A stretch of DNA of 35,339 nt. It comes from Desulfobulbales bacterium (GTDB lineage Bacteria > Desulfobacterota > Desulfobulbia > Desulfobulbales > JAGXFP01). Numbering within the stretch: the stretch's first letter is position 1; each line of letters starts with the position of its first letter. The notes beneath the pieces were generated by a model. That model ran no database searches. It was given only the letters and a program-made list of their open reading frames with translations, and had not been told where the DNA came from. Where the stretch lies: positions 1-35,339 of the forward strand of contig JARGFN010000004.1 of the NCBI GenBank assembly GCA_029210665.1, written 5' to 3'. Position numbers and translations under genes: made by a program. Below are positions 25,790 to 35,260 of this stretch, in pieces.

Positions 25790-26188
25790 ATGGCAATGAG
25801 TGATCCCTTGGCGGACATGCTTACCAGGGTAAGAAATGCCAGCATGGTCAATTTCGACAGCGTCGATATGCCCCTTTCCAAGTTGAAGGCCAATGTGGCC
25901 AAGATTTTGAAAGAGGAAGGCTACATCCGTGATTACCACATCCAGCGGGATGGCGTTCAGGGCACCTTGAAGATCGATCTTAAATACGACCAGGCAAAGG
26001 ATAACGTTATAATCGGCTTGCGCAGGGTCAGTAAACCCGGGCGGCGTCTCTATGTTAATGCGGATAATATTCCGATGGTGATGAGCGGGTTGGGAATCGG
26101 TATCGTTTCAACTTCCAAGGGGTTAATGACTGATCGCCAGGCCAGGAAGATGCGGGTCGGCGGTGAACTGCTCTGTGAAGTTTGGTAA
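25790..26188 (+). CDS. rpsH: 30S ribosomal protein S8
   Basis: DPLADMLTRVRNA, SKPGRR, STSKG, GGELL. Confidence 0.99.
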   Translation: MAMSDPLADMLTRVRNASMVNFDSVDMPLSKLKANVAKILKEEGYIRDYHIQRDGVQGTLKIDLKYDQAKDNVIIGLRRVSKPGRRLYVNADNIPMVMSGLGIGIVSTSKGLMTDRQARKMRVGGELLCEVW

Positions 26189-26227
26189 TTTTGTTTAAGA
26201 CTTTTATTATAAATTTGGAGAGTATTC

Positions 26228-26764
26228 ATGTCCAGGATTGGCAGTAAACCCATCCCGATTCCCGGCGGCGTCAAGGTCGATATCAAGGGGGGGCACGTAA
26301 AAGTCACCGGCCCCAAAGGAACGCTGGAGCGTGATATCCGGTCCGAGGTGAAATTGGTCGAGGAAGGCGGTGAACTTCTTGTCAAATGCAATGATGACAG
26401 CAAGAAGACCAATGCCTTTTCCGGTCTTTATCGCAGTTTGGTCAATAACATGATTGTCGGAGTCGAACAGGGCTTTCAAAAGAAGCTGGTCGTCGAGGGG
26501 GTGGGCTACAAGGCTTCCGTGTCGGGCGACACCTTGACCCTTAATGTCGGTTACTCCAATCCGGTGGAGTTCGGATTGCCGAAGGGGGTAACCGCCACGG
26601 CTGAAAAGGGCGACATAACCCTTGACTGTATTGACAAGGAATTGCTCGGCCATACCGCGGCCAAGATCCGCAGCGTCCGCAAGCCCGAGCCCTATAAAGG
26701 CAAAGGCATCAGATATGCCGATGAGCAGGTTGTCAGAAAGGCCGGTAAGTCGGCGGGTAAATAA
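26228..26764 (+). CDS. rplF: 50S ribosomal protein L6
   Basis: MSRIG, GPKG, GVGYKA, PEPYKGKGIRY. Confidence 0.99.
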   Translation: MSRIGSKPIPIPGGVKVDIKGGHVKVTGPKGTLERDIRSEVKLVEEGGELLVKCNDDSKKTNAFSGLYRSLVNNMIVGVEQGFQKKLVVEGVGYKASVSGDTLTLNVGYSNPVEFGLPKGVTATAEKGDITLDCIDKELLGHTAAKIRSVRKPEPYKGKGIRYADEQVVRKAGKSAGK

Positions 26765-26882
26765 GCCACTGTAACGTGACGATCCGGCTGGATCGCTCCT
26801 GACGACGACGGGCCTTGACGGTAATCCGGCCCCTTTTCGTCCGGAGTATTCGAGTAAAAAATTTAATTGTTTAGGCAAAGTA

Positions 26883-27251
26883 ATGGCGAAGACGAATCCG
26901 AAAGTAACCGCCCGCCAAAAGCGGATCAAGCGGATCAGGAAAAACATCAGCGGCACGGGTGAATGCCCGCGATTACGAGTTTTCAAGAGCTCCCGGCACA
27001 TTTATGGGCAGATAATCGATGATGTCGCGGGGCATACCCTGGTTGCCGCCTCCACCCGGGACAAGGAGTATTCGGCGGGGGAATCCGAGGGCGGCAAGGT
27101 AGAAAAGGCCCGCCGGGTCGGCCTGTTGTTGGCGGCGAAAGCCAAGAAAAACGGGATCGAAAAGGTAGTGTTTGACCGGGGCGGTTATCTTTACCATGGC
27201 CGGGTCAAATCATTGTCCGACGGCGCCCGCGAGGGCGGTTTGAATTTCTGA
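26883..27251 (+). CDS. rplR: 50S ribosomal protein L18
   Basis: [28 protein letters not shown]. Confidence 0.99.
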   Translation: MAKTNPKVTARQKRIKRIRKNISGTGECPRLRVFKSSRHIYGQIIDDVAGHTLVAASTRDKEYSAGESEGGKVEKARRVGLLLAAKAKKNGIEKVVFDRGGYLYHGRVKSLSDGAREGGLNF

Positions 27252-27296
27252 TTAGTTCAGGTTGTAATCTAACCAAGTTAAGATTGGGGGTAAACC

Positions 27297-27803
27297 TTGT
27301 CAAACTTTAAAAGCGATAAAGCTGATAACCAGCTTATAGAAAAAGTGGTATTCATTAACAGGACTGCCAAGGTCGTCAAGGGCGGGCGGCGCTTCAGCTT
27401 CAGCGCAATTTGCGTGGTCGGCGACGGCCAGGGCAAGGTCGGTCAGGGGCTTGGCAAGGCAAATCAGGTTCCGGAAGCCATCCGGAAGGGTATTGAAAGC
27501 GCCGGCAAGGATATGCGAAGGGTCTCCATCACCGAAACCAGCATCCCCCATGCCATTGACGGTAAGTTCGGGGCCGGCAAAGTCATGCTGAAACCGGCTT
27601 CCGCCGGGACCGGGGTTATCGCCGGCGGCGCGGTCCGCGCGGTTCTTGAGGCGGCCGGTGTTAACAATATTCTGACAAAATGTCTTGGCTCCCATAATCC
27701 CCATAACCTGGTCAAGGCCACTATCGACGGGCTGCGGCGGCTGAAATCGGCCGAAGAGATTGCGGCCAGACGTGACAAGACGGTTGAGGAAATCACCTCC
27801 TGA
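27297..27803 (+). CDS. rpsE: 30S ribosomal protein S5 (TTG start)
   Basis: [23 protein letters not shown]. Confidence 0.99.
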   Translation: MSNFKSDKADNQLIEKVVFINRTAKVVKGGRRFSFSAICVVGDGQGKVGQGLGKANQVPEAIRKGIESAGKDMRRVSITETSIPHAIDGKFGAGKVMLKPASAGTGVIAGGAVRAVLEAAGVNNILTKCLGSHNPHNLVKATIDGLRRLKSAEEIAARRDKTVEEITS

Positions 27804-27881
27804 TCCTGCCCCGCTTGTTTGGCCGGGGCTGGAGAAAGAACAAATCAGCAAGCCATTGCTTGCCAGGTCGGAACGGAAGAT

Positions 27882-28058
27882 ATGAGTGATATAAAAGTGA
27901 AGTTGAAAAAAAGCAAGATCGGCAGCAATCAGAAGATCCGAGCTACCTTGATTGGCCTGGGATTGACGAAGACCAATAAAACAGTGATCCGCAAGGATAC
28001 CCCGGAGATCCGGGGGATGCTCAAGAAAGTTGAGCACCTGATCGAAGTGGAGGGTTAA
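27882..28058 (+). CDS. rpmD: 50S ribosomal protein L30
   Basis: IKVKLKKSKIG, LGL, DTPEIRGM; ATG at 27882. Confidence 0.97.
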   Translation: MSDIKVKLKKSKIGSNQKIRATLIGLGLTKTNKTVIRKDTPEIRGMLKKVEHLIEVEG

Positions 28059-28059
28059 C

Positions 28060-28500
28060 ATGTTGACTTTGAGCAATCTTTCCCCAAATCCCGGCTCCCG
28101 GAAGGCGAGAAAAAGGGTCGGCCGGGGTCAGGGGTCCGGACACGGCAAAACGGCCACCAGGGGGCATAAGGGTTATAAGGCCCGTTCCGGCAGCAGCATT
28201 AAACCAGGTTTCGAAGGCGGCCAGATGCCGCTGCAGAGAAGAATTCCCAAGCGCGGGTTCAACAATATCTTTCGCAAGGAACATGGGGTTGTCAACGTCG
28301 GCGATCTGGACGTTTTCGAGGCCGGGACCCGGATTGATCGCGCCGTGCTGGTCGACGCCGGTCTGGTTGCCAAAAAATTCGACTCGGTAAAGATATTGGG
28401 CAACGGAGAAATCGGCAAGCCCCTCACCTTTGCGGTCGATAAGCTCAGCGAGACGGCCCGCAAGAAGATCGCGGCGGCCGGCGGGACGATAGAGGGCTGA
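28060..28500 (+). CDS. rplO: 50S ribosomal protein L15
   Basis: RVGRGQGSGHGKT, GFEGGQMPLQRRIPKRGF. Confidence 0.99.
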   Translation: MLTLSNLSPNPGSRKARKRVGRGQGSGHGKTATRGHKGYKARSGSSIKPGFEGGQMPLQRRIPKRGFNNIFRKEHGVVNVGDLDVFEAGTRIDRAVLVDAGLVAKKFDSVKILGNGEIGKPLTFAVDKLSETARKKIAAAGGTIEG

Positions 28501-28503
28501 TAG

Positions 28504-29814
28504 ATGCAGGCTGGAATTCAGAATGCCGCCAATATCCCGGAATTGCGCCGCAGGGTAACTTTCACCGTGTTGATGCTCGCCGTCTACCGGATGGGAGTTC
28601 AGATACCGACACCCGGCATCAACGGCGAGGCCCTGGCTGCTTTTTTCCAGAAGAGTTCCGCCACCCTTTTCGACATGTTCAACATGTTTTCCGGCGGCGC
28701 CCTGGAAAATTTTTCGATTTTCGCCCTCGGCATCATGCCCTATATCAGCGCCTCGATTATCTTTCAGTTATTGACCGTGGTGGTTCCGCAACTGGAGGCC
28801 CTCAAGAAAGAGGGGGAATCCGGGCGCCAGAAGATCACCCAGTACACCCGTTACGCTACCGTGGTCCTCAGTCTGATCCAGGGGTTGTTTATCAGTATCG
28901 GCCTGGAGAGCATGGCCGCTCCGGCCGGCGGTGAAATGATCGTCAATTTTCCCGGCTGGAGCTTCCGGCTGATGACCATGCTTACCCTGACCTCCGGCAC
29001 CGCCTTCATCATGTGGCTGGGGGAACAGATGACCGAGCGCGGCATCGGCAACGGCATTTCCCTGATCATCACCGCCGGGATTGTCGCCAGGATGCCGGCC
29101 GCGATGGTCAAGACCGCCAAAATGGTCAGCGCCGGCGACATGACCTTTATCTTTATCCCGATCTTGCTGGCGATGATGTTCGGCGTCATCGCGGTTATCG
29201 TATACTTCGAAACGGCCCAGCGCAGAATCCCCATCCAGTACGCCAAGAGGGTGGTCGGCCGGCAGATGTATGGCGGACAGCAGTCGCATCTTCCCTTGAA
29301 GATTAATATGTCCGGGGTTATTCCGCCGATCTTTGCCTCTTCGATTATGATGTTTCCGGCCACTATCGGCGGTTTTGTCGAGGTTGATTGGGTGCAGCGG
29401 GTTAGTGCCTATCTGCAGTGGGGCAGCTTTTCCTGGACGGTGCTGTATGTCGGATTTATCGTCTTTTTCTGTTTTTTCTACACGGCCGTCACCTTCAACC
29501 CGGTCGATGTGGCCGAGAACCTGAAAAAGAACGGCGGATTCATCCCCGGTATCAGGCCCGGTAAACGTTCCGCCGAGTTTATCGACAAAATTGTTGTTCG
29601 CCTGACGGTGATCGGGGCGATTTATGTCAGCGCGGTCTGTGTGCTGCCGACCATCCTGATCAACGAGCTCAACGTCCCGTTCTATTTTGGCGGCACCGCG
29701 CTATTGATCATCGTGGGGGTCGCCATAGACACCATTTCCCAGATCGAGTCGCACACCGTCATGCGTAACTATGACGGCTTGTTGAAGAGCGGTAAGATCC
29801 GGGGACGGCGCTAG
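28504..29814 (+). CDS. secY: Preprotein translocase subunit SecY
   Basis: SIFALGIMPYISASII, GIGNGISLII, FIPGIRPG, FGGTALLI. Confidence 0.99.
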   Translation: MQAGIQNAANIPELRRRVTFTVLMLAVYRMGVQIPTPGINGEALAAFFQKSSATLFDMFNMFSGGALENFSIFALGIMPYISASIIFQLLTVVVPQLEALKKEGESGRQKITQYTRYATVVLSLIQGLFISIGLESMAAPAGGEMIVNFPGWSFRLMTMLTLTSGTAFIMWLGEQMTERGIGNGISLIITAGIVARMPAAMVKTAKMVSAGDMTFIFIPILLAMMFGVIAVIVYFETAQRRIPIQYAKRVVGRQMYGGQQSHLPLKINMSGVIPPIFASSIMMFPATIGGFVEVDWVQRVSAYLQWGSFSWTVLYVGFIVFFCFFYTAVTFNPVDVAENLKKNGGFIPGIRPGKRSAEFIDKIVVRLTVIGAIYVSAVCVLPTILINELNVPFYFGGTALLIIVGVAIDTISQIESHTVMRNYDGLLKSGKIRGRR

Positions 29815-29827
29815 TCCGGATTTTTTT

Positions 29828-30592
29828 ATGGGTCGACCGATCAATCTGAAATCCTCCGCCGAGATTGACAAGATGCTGGAGGCCAATCAGATCGTCGCCG
29901 GGACCCTGGCGATGCTTGAAGATCGGATCCGCCCGGGCGTTACAACTCTTCAGCTGGACGAATGGGCCGAAGATTATGCCCGGCAACATGCGGCGATCCC
30001 GGCCTTTAAGGGATATCGCGGCTTTCCCGGCAGCCTGTGTGTTTCGCTTAACGAGGAGGTTGTTCACGGCATCCCGACCGCCGCAGCTGTTCTCAAGGAA
30101 GGGGATATCGTCAGTATCGATTTCGGCGTCAAGCACAAGGACTTTTACGGTGATGCGGCGGTGACCCTGGCGGTAGGGAAGATCTCGGCCCGGAAGCGCA
30201 AGCTGATCGACGTCACCAGACAGGCGCTGGAACTTGCCATTGAGCAGGCCAGAGTCGGTAACCGGATCAATGATTTAGGCCGGGCCGTGCAGCGCCATGT
30301 CGAAAGGAATGGTTTTTCGGTCGTCCGGCAATTTGTCGGGCACGGCATCGGCAGTCAACTGCACGAGGCGCCGGAGATTCCCAACTACGAACGCAATGAG
30401 CCTTCGCCGCGATTGATCGCGGGCATGGCTTTGGCTATAGAGCCGATGGTCAATGCCGGTTCCTATGAAGTTGAGGTGATGAAAGACGGGTGGACGGTGC
30501 TGACCCGAGATCGGAAACCATCGGCCCACTTCGAGCACACGGTGGTGGTGACCGATGGCGCCCCCCTGGTTTTAAGCCGGTGGCGTGGGTGA
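29828..30592 (+). CDS. map: Type I methionine aminopeptidase
   Basis: NEEVVHGIP, SIDFG...YGD, GHGIG, HEAP, IEPMVN, SAHFEHT. Confidence 0.98.
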   Translation: MGRPINLKSSAEIDKMLEANQIVAGTLAMLEDRIRPGVTTLQLDEWAEDYARQHAAIPAFKGYRGFPGSLCVSLNEEVVHGIPTAAAVLKEGDIVSIDFGVKHKDFYGDAAVTLAVGKISARKRKLIDVTRQALELAIEQARVGNRINDLGRAVQRHVERNGFSVVRQFVGHGIGSQLHEAPEIPNYERNEPSPRLIAGMALAIEPMVNAGSYEVEVMKDGWTVLTRDRKPSAHFEHTVVVTDGAPLVLSRWRG

Positions 30593-30651
30593 TTGGTTGT
30601 TTAACTAAAAAAAAGCGGGCAATTTGCCCAAAATCGTTTATGATCCCGCTT

Positions 30652-30708
30652 CTTATACCACGGGGCATAAGTTTCATACGAGCAGGCAAGCGGCCCAACT
30701 CAGCTTTA
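30652..30708. repeat. Structured dispersed repeat, copy 2 (upstream of infA)
   Basis: 48 of 58 alignment columns identical to 2138-2195. Confidence 0.85.
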
Positions 30709-30751
30709 ATTTGTTGCTGTTTAAAATTAAATAACCCCAGAGATTTTGTTT

Positions 30752-30979
30752 ATGCCTAAAGAAGAGGCCATACAAGTAGAGGGTACTATTGTTGAACCCT
30801 TGCCAAATGCCATGTTTCGGGTCGAACTCGATAACGGACACAAGGTGTTGGCGCACATTTCCGGAAAAATGCGCATGCATTTTATCAAAATTCTGCCTGG
30901 CGACCGCGTTACGGTCGAATTGTCCCCCTATGATTTAACCAGAGGCAGGGTGACGTTCAGGGCTAAGAATAAACGTTAG
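30752..30979 (+). CDS. infA: Translation initiation factor IF-1
   Basis: [29 protein letters not shown]; ATG at 30752. Confidence 0.99.
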   Translation: MPKEEAIQVEGTIVEPLPNAMFRVELDNGHKVLAHISGKMRMHFIKILPGDRVTVELSPYDLTRGRVTFRAKNKR

Positions 30980-30991
30980 GGATGATTTGAA

Positions 30992-31105
30992 ATGAAAGTA
31001 AAAGCGTCGGTTAAAAAAATGTGCGGTGACTGTAAAGTATTCAAACGCAACGGGGTTGTGCGTGTTTCCTGTAAGATCAAGAAGCATAAGCAACGTCAGG
31101 GATGA
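30992..31105 (+). CDS. rpmJ: 50S ribosomal protein L36 (missing from the ORF track)
   Basis: Manual translation [37 protein letters not shown] (37 aa, Cys3His Zn site). Confidence 0.98.
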   Translation: MKVKASVKKMCGDCKVFKRNGVVRVSCKIKKHKQRQG

Positions 31106-31140
31106 TTTGTTTCTAACTAGATGAGCGAGAGAGGTGTGCC

Positions 31141-31506
31141 TTGGCACGTATAGCAGGTATTGATTTACCAAAAAATAAGCATATGGATGTAGCCTTGACC
31201 TATATTCACGGGATCGGCCGGTCTACCGCCAGGAAGATCCTTGATCAGGTCAAGCTGCCGTATTCGACCAACAGTGACGAGATCGATGAAAAGGTCGTTA
31301 CCGATATTCGTAAGGTTATCGACGATAATTACATGGTCGAAGGTGACCGGCGCCGGGAAGTCGCGATGGATATCAAGCGTCTTACCGATCTGGGTTGTTA
31401 CCGTGGTCTGCGCCACCGGAAAGGTTTGCCGTGCCGTGGGCAAAGGACCAGCACCAATGCCAGAACGCGGAAAGGCCCCCGTCGAGGCGCGGTAAAAAAG
31501 AAATAG
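31141..31506 (+). CDS. rpsM: 30S ribosomal protein S13 (TTG start)
   Basis: [24 protein letters not shown]. Confidence 0.99.
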   Translation: MARIAGIDLPKNKHMDVALTYIHGIGRSTARKILDQVKLPYSTNSDEIDEKVVTDIRKVIDDNYMVEGDRRREVAMDIKRLTDLGCYRGLRHRKGLPCRGQRTSTNARTRKGPRRGAVKKK

Positions 31507-31547
31507 CAAACAAGATGGAATTTTTTCTGGAATAGTAGGGGATACAT

Positions 31548-31940
31548 ATGGCTAAGCCGAGAGTACAGAAAACGCGTAAGAAGGTCAGGAAGAATATTCC
31601 CGAGGGTGTTGTCTCGATTCGTTCCACCTTCAACAATACAATAATTACCTTCGCCGACAAAGAGGGCAATGTTATTTCGTGGTGCAGCGCCGGGTGCCTG
31701 GGTTTCAAGGGCTCCCGGAAGAGCACGCCTTTCGCGGCTCAGAACGCCACGGAAGCGGCGGCGCAGAAGGCGGCTGAACACGGCATGCGTAAGGTTGAAG
31801 TTCGTGCCACCGGACCCGGACCCGGGCGTGACGCCGCTATTCGGGCCTTACAGGCGGCCGGGATGGATGTTTTTCAGATAAGCGATGTCACACCCATTCC
31901 GCACAACGGCTGCAAGCCTCCCAAACGGAGAAGGGTCTGA
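31548..31940 (+). CDS. rpsK: 30S ribosomal protein S11
   Basis: [29 protein letters not shown]. Confidence 0.99.
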   Translation: MAKPRVQKTRKKVRKNIPEGVVSIRSTFNNTIITFADKEGNVISWCSAGCLGFKGSRKSTPFAAQNATEAAAQKAAEHGMRKVEVRATGPGPGRDAAIRALQAAGMDVFQISDVTPIPHNGCKPPKRRRV

Positions 31941-32006
31941 TAGTATTCTCCTTATTTTTATTTTTTATCCGACGAGAAATTAGCGACAGGAAACGGAGGT
32001 TTCAAA

Positions 32007-32636
32007 TTGGCCAGATATACCGGGGCAAGTTGCCGCCAGTGCAGGCGGGAAAGATTGAAGTTGTTCCTCAAGGGGGACAGGTGTTACACTGACAAGTGTG
32101 CCATAGAACGACGGGCGTTTCCTCCCGGCCAGCATGGTCAGGCCCGGATGCGGAAATTTTCCGACTATGCCGTTCAGCTTCGCGAGAAGCAGAAGGTCCG
32201 GAGGATGTACGGCATCATGGAAGGGCAGTTCCTCAGATATTACAAGGAAGCGGACCGTCTGAAAGGTGTTACCGGCGAGAATCTGCTGGCCTTGCTTGAA
32301 AAGCGTCTCGATAATGTTGCCTATCGGACAGGGTTTGCCAACTCACGATGTCAGGCCAGGCAGCTGATCAAGCATGATCATATACTGGTTAATGGTAAAC
32401 GGGTTAACGTGCCTTCTTTCAACGTTTCTGTCGGAGATGTCGTTTCCGTACGCGAAAAGAGCCGGAAGGTCGAAGTTATCGGCGACAGTCTTGAGGCGGT
32501 AGCCAGACGGGGCGTGCCCAGCTGGCTTGAAGTGGACAGCGCCGCTTTTCAGGCCAAGGTGAAAACCGAACCCGAGAGGCAGGAAATTACCATGCCGATC
32601 CAGGAGCAGCTGATAGTCGAGCTTTACTCCAAATAA
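32007..32636 (+). CDS. rpsD: 30S ribosomal protein S4 (TTG start, Cys4 N-terminus)
   Basis: ARYTG, CRQCRRE, PGQHG, QLREKQK, RLDN, IVELYSK. Confidence 0.99.
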   Translation: MARYTGASCRQCRRERLKLFLKGDRCYTDKCAIERRAFPPGQHGQARMRKFSDYAVQLREKQKVRRMYGIMEGQFLRYYKEADRLKGVTGENLLALLEKRLDNVAYRTGFANSRCQARQLIKHDHILVNGKRVNVPSFNVSVGDVVSVREKSRKVEVIGDSLEAVARRGVPSWLEVDSAAFQAKVKTEPERQEITMPIQEQLIVELYSK

Positions 32637-32650
32637 TCCGGCGGGAAATC

Positions 32651-32699
32651 AAAGTTGTCCGCGGCGAGGAGCTGTTGCTCCTCTTCCGCGGCACTTTTT
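32651..32699 (+). terminator. Terminator-like hairpin between rpsD and rpoA
   Basis: CCGCGG..GAGGAGC-TGTT-GCTCCTC..CCGCGG followed by CACTTTTT. Confidence 0.5.
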
Positions 32700-32763
32700 G
32701 TTGCATCTCTGAGCGCTTGGAAAATGATCAGATTTGTTTCATTAATCAATTGCGGAGCATTTG

Positions 32764-33834
32764 ATGATGGATAATGAACAGAAGCAATATAGAGAACTGG
32801 AGAAAGATCCCCTTTACCGGAACTGGCATCAGCTCATTATGCCCGACCGGGTTGAAGTAGATCGGGATTCTCTTACGAATAGTTACGGCAAGTTTGTCTG
32901 CCAGCCCCTTGAGCGGGGTTACGCGACCACCATTGGCAATTCTCTCAGGAGAATATTGCTTTCCTCGATCCAGGGTGCGGCAATTACCTCGGTAAACATA
33001 GAAGGCGCCTTGCATGAGTTCTCTTCATTGCCCGGGGTTGTCGAAGACGTTACCGAGATAATTCTTAATCTCAAGGAAGTCCGGCTTAAGCTCAATTCAG
33101 CTGAGCCGCAGATCGTCAAGATCGAAAAAAAGGGCAAGGGTGAGGTTACCGCGGCCGATATAATTTCCGACGGCACCGTCGAGGTAATGAACCCGGAACA
33201 GCACATCTGCACCATTTCGGGCGCCGAGGGCAAGTTTATCGGTGAATTCGAGGTCCGGTGGGGCAAGGGTTATATTCCGGCCGAGCGGAACAAGCGGGAG
33301 GATCAGGTTATCGGGGTGATTGCGATCGATTCCATCTTCACCCCGATCCGGAAGGTTAAAATGGTGGTCAGCCAGGCCAGGGTCGGCCAGCAGACCGACT
33401 ATGACAAGTTGATCCTGGAGATGAATACGGACGGCAGCGTCAAGCCGGAGGATGCCCTGGCCTATGCCGCCAAGATTCTCAAGGAACAGATGAGCGTCTT
33501 TATCAACTTCGATGAGAGTCTCGTCGAGCCGGAGCTTGTTCCCGAGGAAGAGGTGGTCGAAGGGGAAATCAATCCGTATCTTTCGCGGCCGGTGGATGAT
33601 CTGGAGCTTTCGGTCCGTTCCGCCAACTGTCTTCGAAATGCCAATATTAGATATATCGGCGAGCTGGTCCAGAGAACCGAAGGTGAAATGCTCAAGACCA
33701 AGAATTTCGGGCGCAAGTCCTTGAACGAGATCAAGCAATTGCTTGCCGAAATGGATCTGTCCCTGGGCGCCAAGATTGATGGCTGGGAAAAACCTGATGC
33801 GACCGCCGAGGCGGAAGAACAGGATAATCAATAA
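32764..33834 (+). CDS. rpoA: RNA polymerase alpha subunit
   Basis: [40 protein letters not shown]; start is ATG 32764 or 32767 after SD GGAG. Confidence 0.98.
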   Translation: MMDNEQKQYRELEKDPLYRNWHQLIMPDRVEVDRDSLTNSYGKFVCQPLERGYATTIGNSLRRILLSSIQGAAITSVNIEGALHEFSSLPGVVEDVTEIILNLKEVRLKLNSAEPQIVKIEKKGKGEVTAADIISDGTVEVMNPEQHICTISGAEGKFIGEFEVRWGKGYIPAERNKREDQVIGVIAIDSIFTPIRKVKMVVSQARVGQQTDYDKLILEMNTDGSVKPEDALAYAAKILKEQMSVFINFDESLVEPELVPEEEVVEGEINPYLSRPVDDLELSVRSANCLRNANIRYIGELVQRTEGEMLKTKNFGRKSLNEIKQLLAEMDLSLGAKIDGWEKPDATAEAEEQDNQ

Positions 33835-33846
33835 GAGGTTGTTGAG

Positions 33847-34236
33847 ATGAGGCATAGAAAAGCAGGAAGACGACTCGGCCGCACTACCCCCCACCGGCTC
33901 GCCATGGTCAGGAATATGGTTACCTCGCTGCTGGAGCATGAGCGCATTGTGACGACCACGCCCAAGGCCAAAGAGGTGCGACGGGTTGCCGAGAAAATGA
34001 TCACCCTGGGTAAACGGGGCGATCTGCATGCCCGGCGCCAGGCCTTGTCGTTTATCCGCGACAAGAAGGTGGTTGCGAAGCTCTTCAGTGAGTTGCGGGA
34101 TGAGTACATGGAACGGAACGGCGGTTACACCAGAATCATTCGCACCGGCAACCGGATCGGTGATGCGGCCGAGATGGCCATTCTCGAACTGGTTAACTAC
34201 AGCGAGGAAGGGGTTGCTGCCGAGTCGGCCAACTAA
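33847..34236 (+). CDS. rplQ: 50S ribosomal protein L17
   Basis: [27 protein letters not shown]. Confidence 0.99.
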   Translation: MRHRKAGRRLGRTTPHRLAMVRNMVTSLLEHERIVTTTPKAKEVRRVAEKMITLGKRGDLHARRQALSFIRDKKVVAKLFSELRDEYMERNGGYTRIIRTGNRIGDAAEMAILELVNYSEEGVAAESAN

Positions 34237-34315
34237 TCCGCTCGGCGCCGCTTCCGGGGCGAGGCGCCTGGGTTCGGTTCATCTTTTCCATCCGGTAAAC
34301 CCAGTAATTCCCAAG

Positions 34316-34345
34316 GCCGACATGCTTGTTATGTCGGCTTTTTTT
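34316..34345 (+). terminator. Intrinsic terminator closing the ribosomal superoperon
   Basis: GCCGACAT-7 nt-ATGTCGGC followed by T7. Confidence 0.9.
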
Positions 34346-34454
34346 ATACCCGAGCCCGGCCGGTTTCGATAAAAATCTACCATCGCCGGTTCTTTCAGGG
34401 TATGGTGTCTTTCCGGTCGCCCCGCCGATCGGCGGGAAATTAACGAGGCCGAGG

Positions 34455-35252
34455 ATGTTGCTTGTCAATGAGGTTCCCCATCAATTCCGCGACGGCCTTA
34501 CGGTTAGCGATCTGGCCAGGGAGGTCAAGCCCGATGCCGATCTCTTTATTGTTAACGGCTATCCTGTTTCCGCTTCGGTCGTTCTTGAAGATGGGGACAG
34601 TTGCTGGCTGATTCGCAAAGGCGAGAAGCCGACGGTTGACGAACTCGAAAGATTGCTTTACGCCCGGCACACTCCCGGGGTACACGGCAAGGTCAAAAAT
34701 GCCTCGGTCGGCATTATGGGGCTTGGCGGACTCGGTTCGCTGGTCGCCGTGGCCCTGGCCCGGGTCGGGATCGGTCATCTGCTGCTGGCCGATTACGATC
34801 TGGTCGAGCCGAGCAATCTCAACCGGCAGCAGTATTTTATCGACCAGATCGGCGAAAAAAAGACCGAGGCCCTAAAACAAAACCTCGCAAGGATCAATCC
34901 CTATCTTCGTATCGAAACCATAGACGCGATTTTAACGGAGGAGTCGATCCCGGTCCTGTTCAAGGAAGTCGATGTCCTGGCCGAGTGTTTCGATGGGGCG
35001 GCCATGAAGGCCGCGGCCCTGCGCTGCGCCCTCGGTCCCCTGGCCGGCAAGGGGTTTGTCGGTGCTTCCGGGCTGGCCGGTTATGAGGACAGCAATACGA
35101 TTCGGACCAGGAAGATCCGCGACCGGGTCTATCTGGTCGGCGACAACGAAAGCGAAGCCAGGCCGGGCCGGGGTCTGATGGCACCCAGGGTAGGCGTTGC
35201 CGCCCATCACCAGGCCAATCAGATTCTGCGGCTATTGCTCGGCTTACCGTAA
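34455..35252 (+). CDS. thiF: Sulfur-carrier adenylyltransferase (ThiF family) with an N-terminal ThiS/ubiquitin-like domain
   Basis: GLGGLGS nucleotide-binding loop, DYDLVEPSNLNRQQY, ECFD, APRVG..AHHQAN; ATG at 34455 lies downstream of the rplQ terminator. Confidence 0.88.
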   Translation: MLLVNEVPHQFRDGLTVSDLAREVKPDADLFIVNGYPVSASVVLEDGDSCWLIRKGEKPTVDELERLLYARHTPGVHGKVKNASVGIMGLGGLGSLVAVALARVGIGHLLLADYDLVEPSNLNRQQYFIDQIGEKKTEALKQNLARINPYLRIETIDAILTEESIPVLFKEVDVLAECFDGAAMKAAALRCALGPLAGKGFVGASGLAGYEDSNTIRTRKIRDRVYLVGDNESEARPGRGLMAPRVGVAAHHQANQILRLLLGLP

Positions 35253-35260
35253 GAAGCTAT

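Noticed and set aside
34344-34368. TTATACCC-N11-GTTTCG, with the same spacing as the start of the secE/infA repeat
   Set aside because: The hairpin 3' arm and the whole downstream half are missing; too weak to call a third copy.
34237-34454. TPP riboswitch upstream of thiF, and the longer ORF start at 34326
   Set aside because: No CTGAGA or CCTGA..GGATAATGCC..CGTAGG core is present. The longer start lies inside the rplQ terminator.
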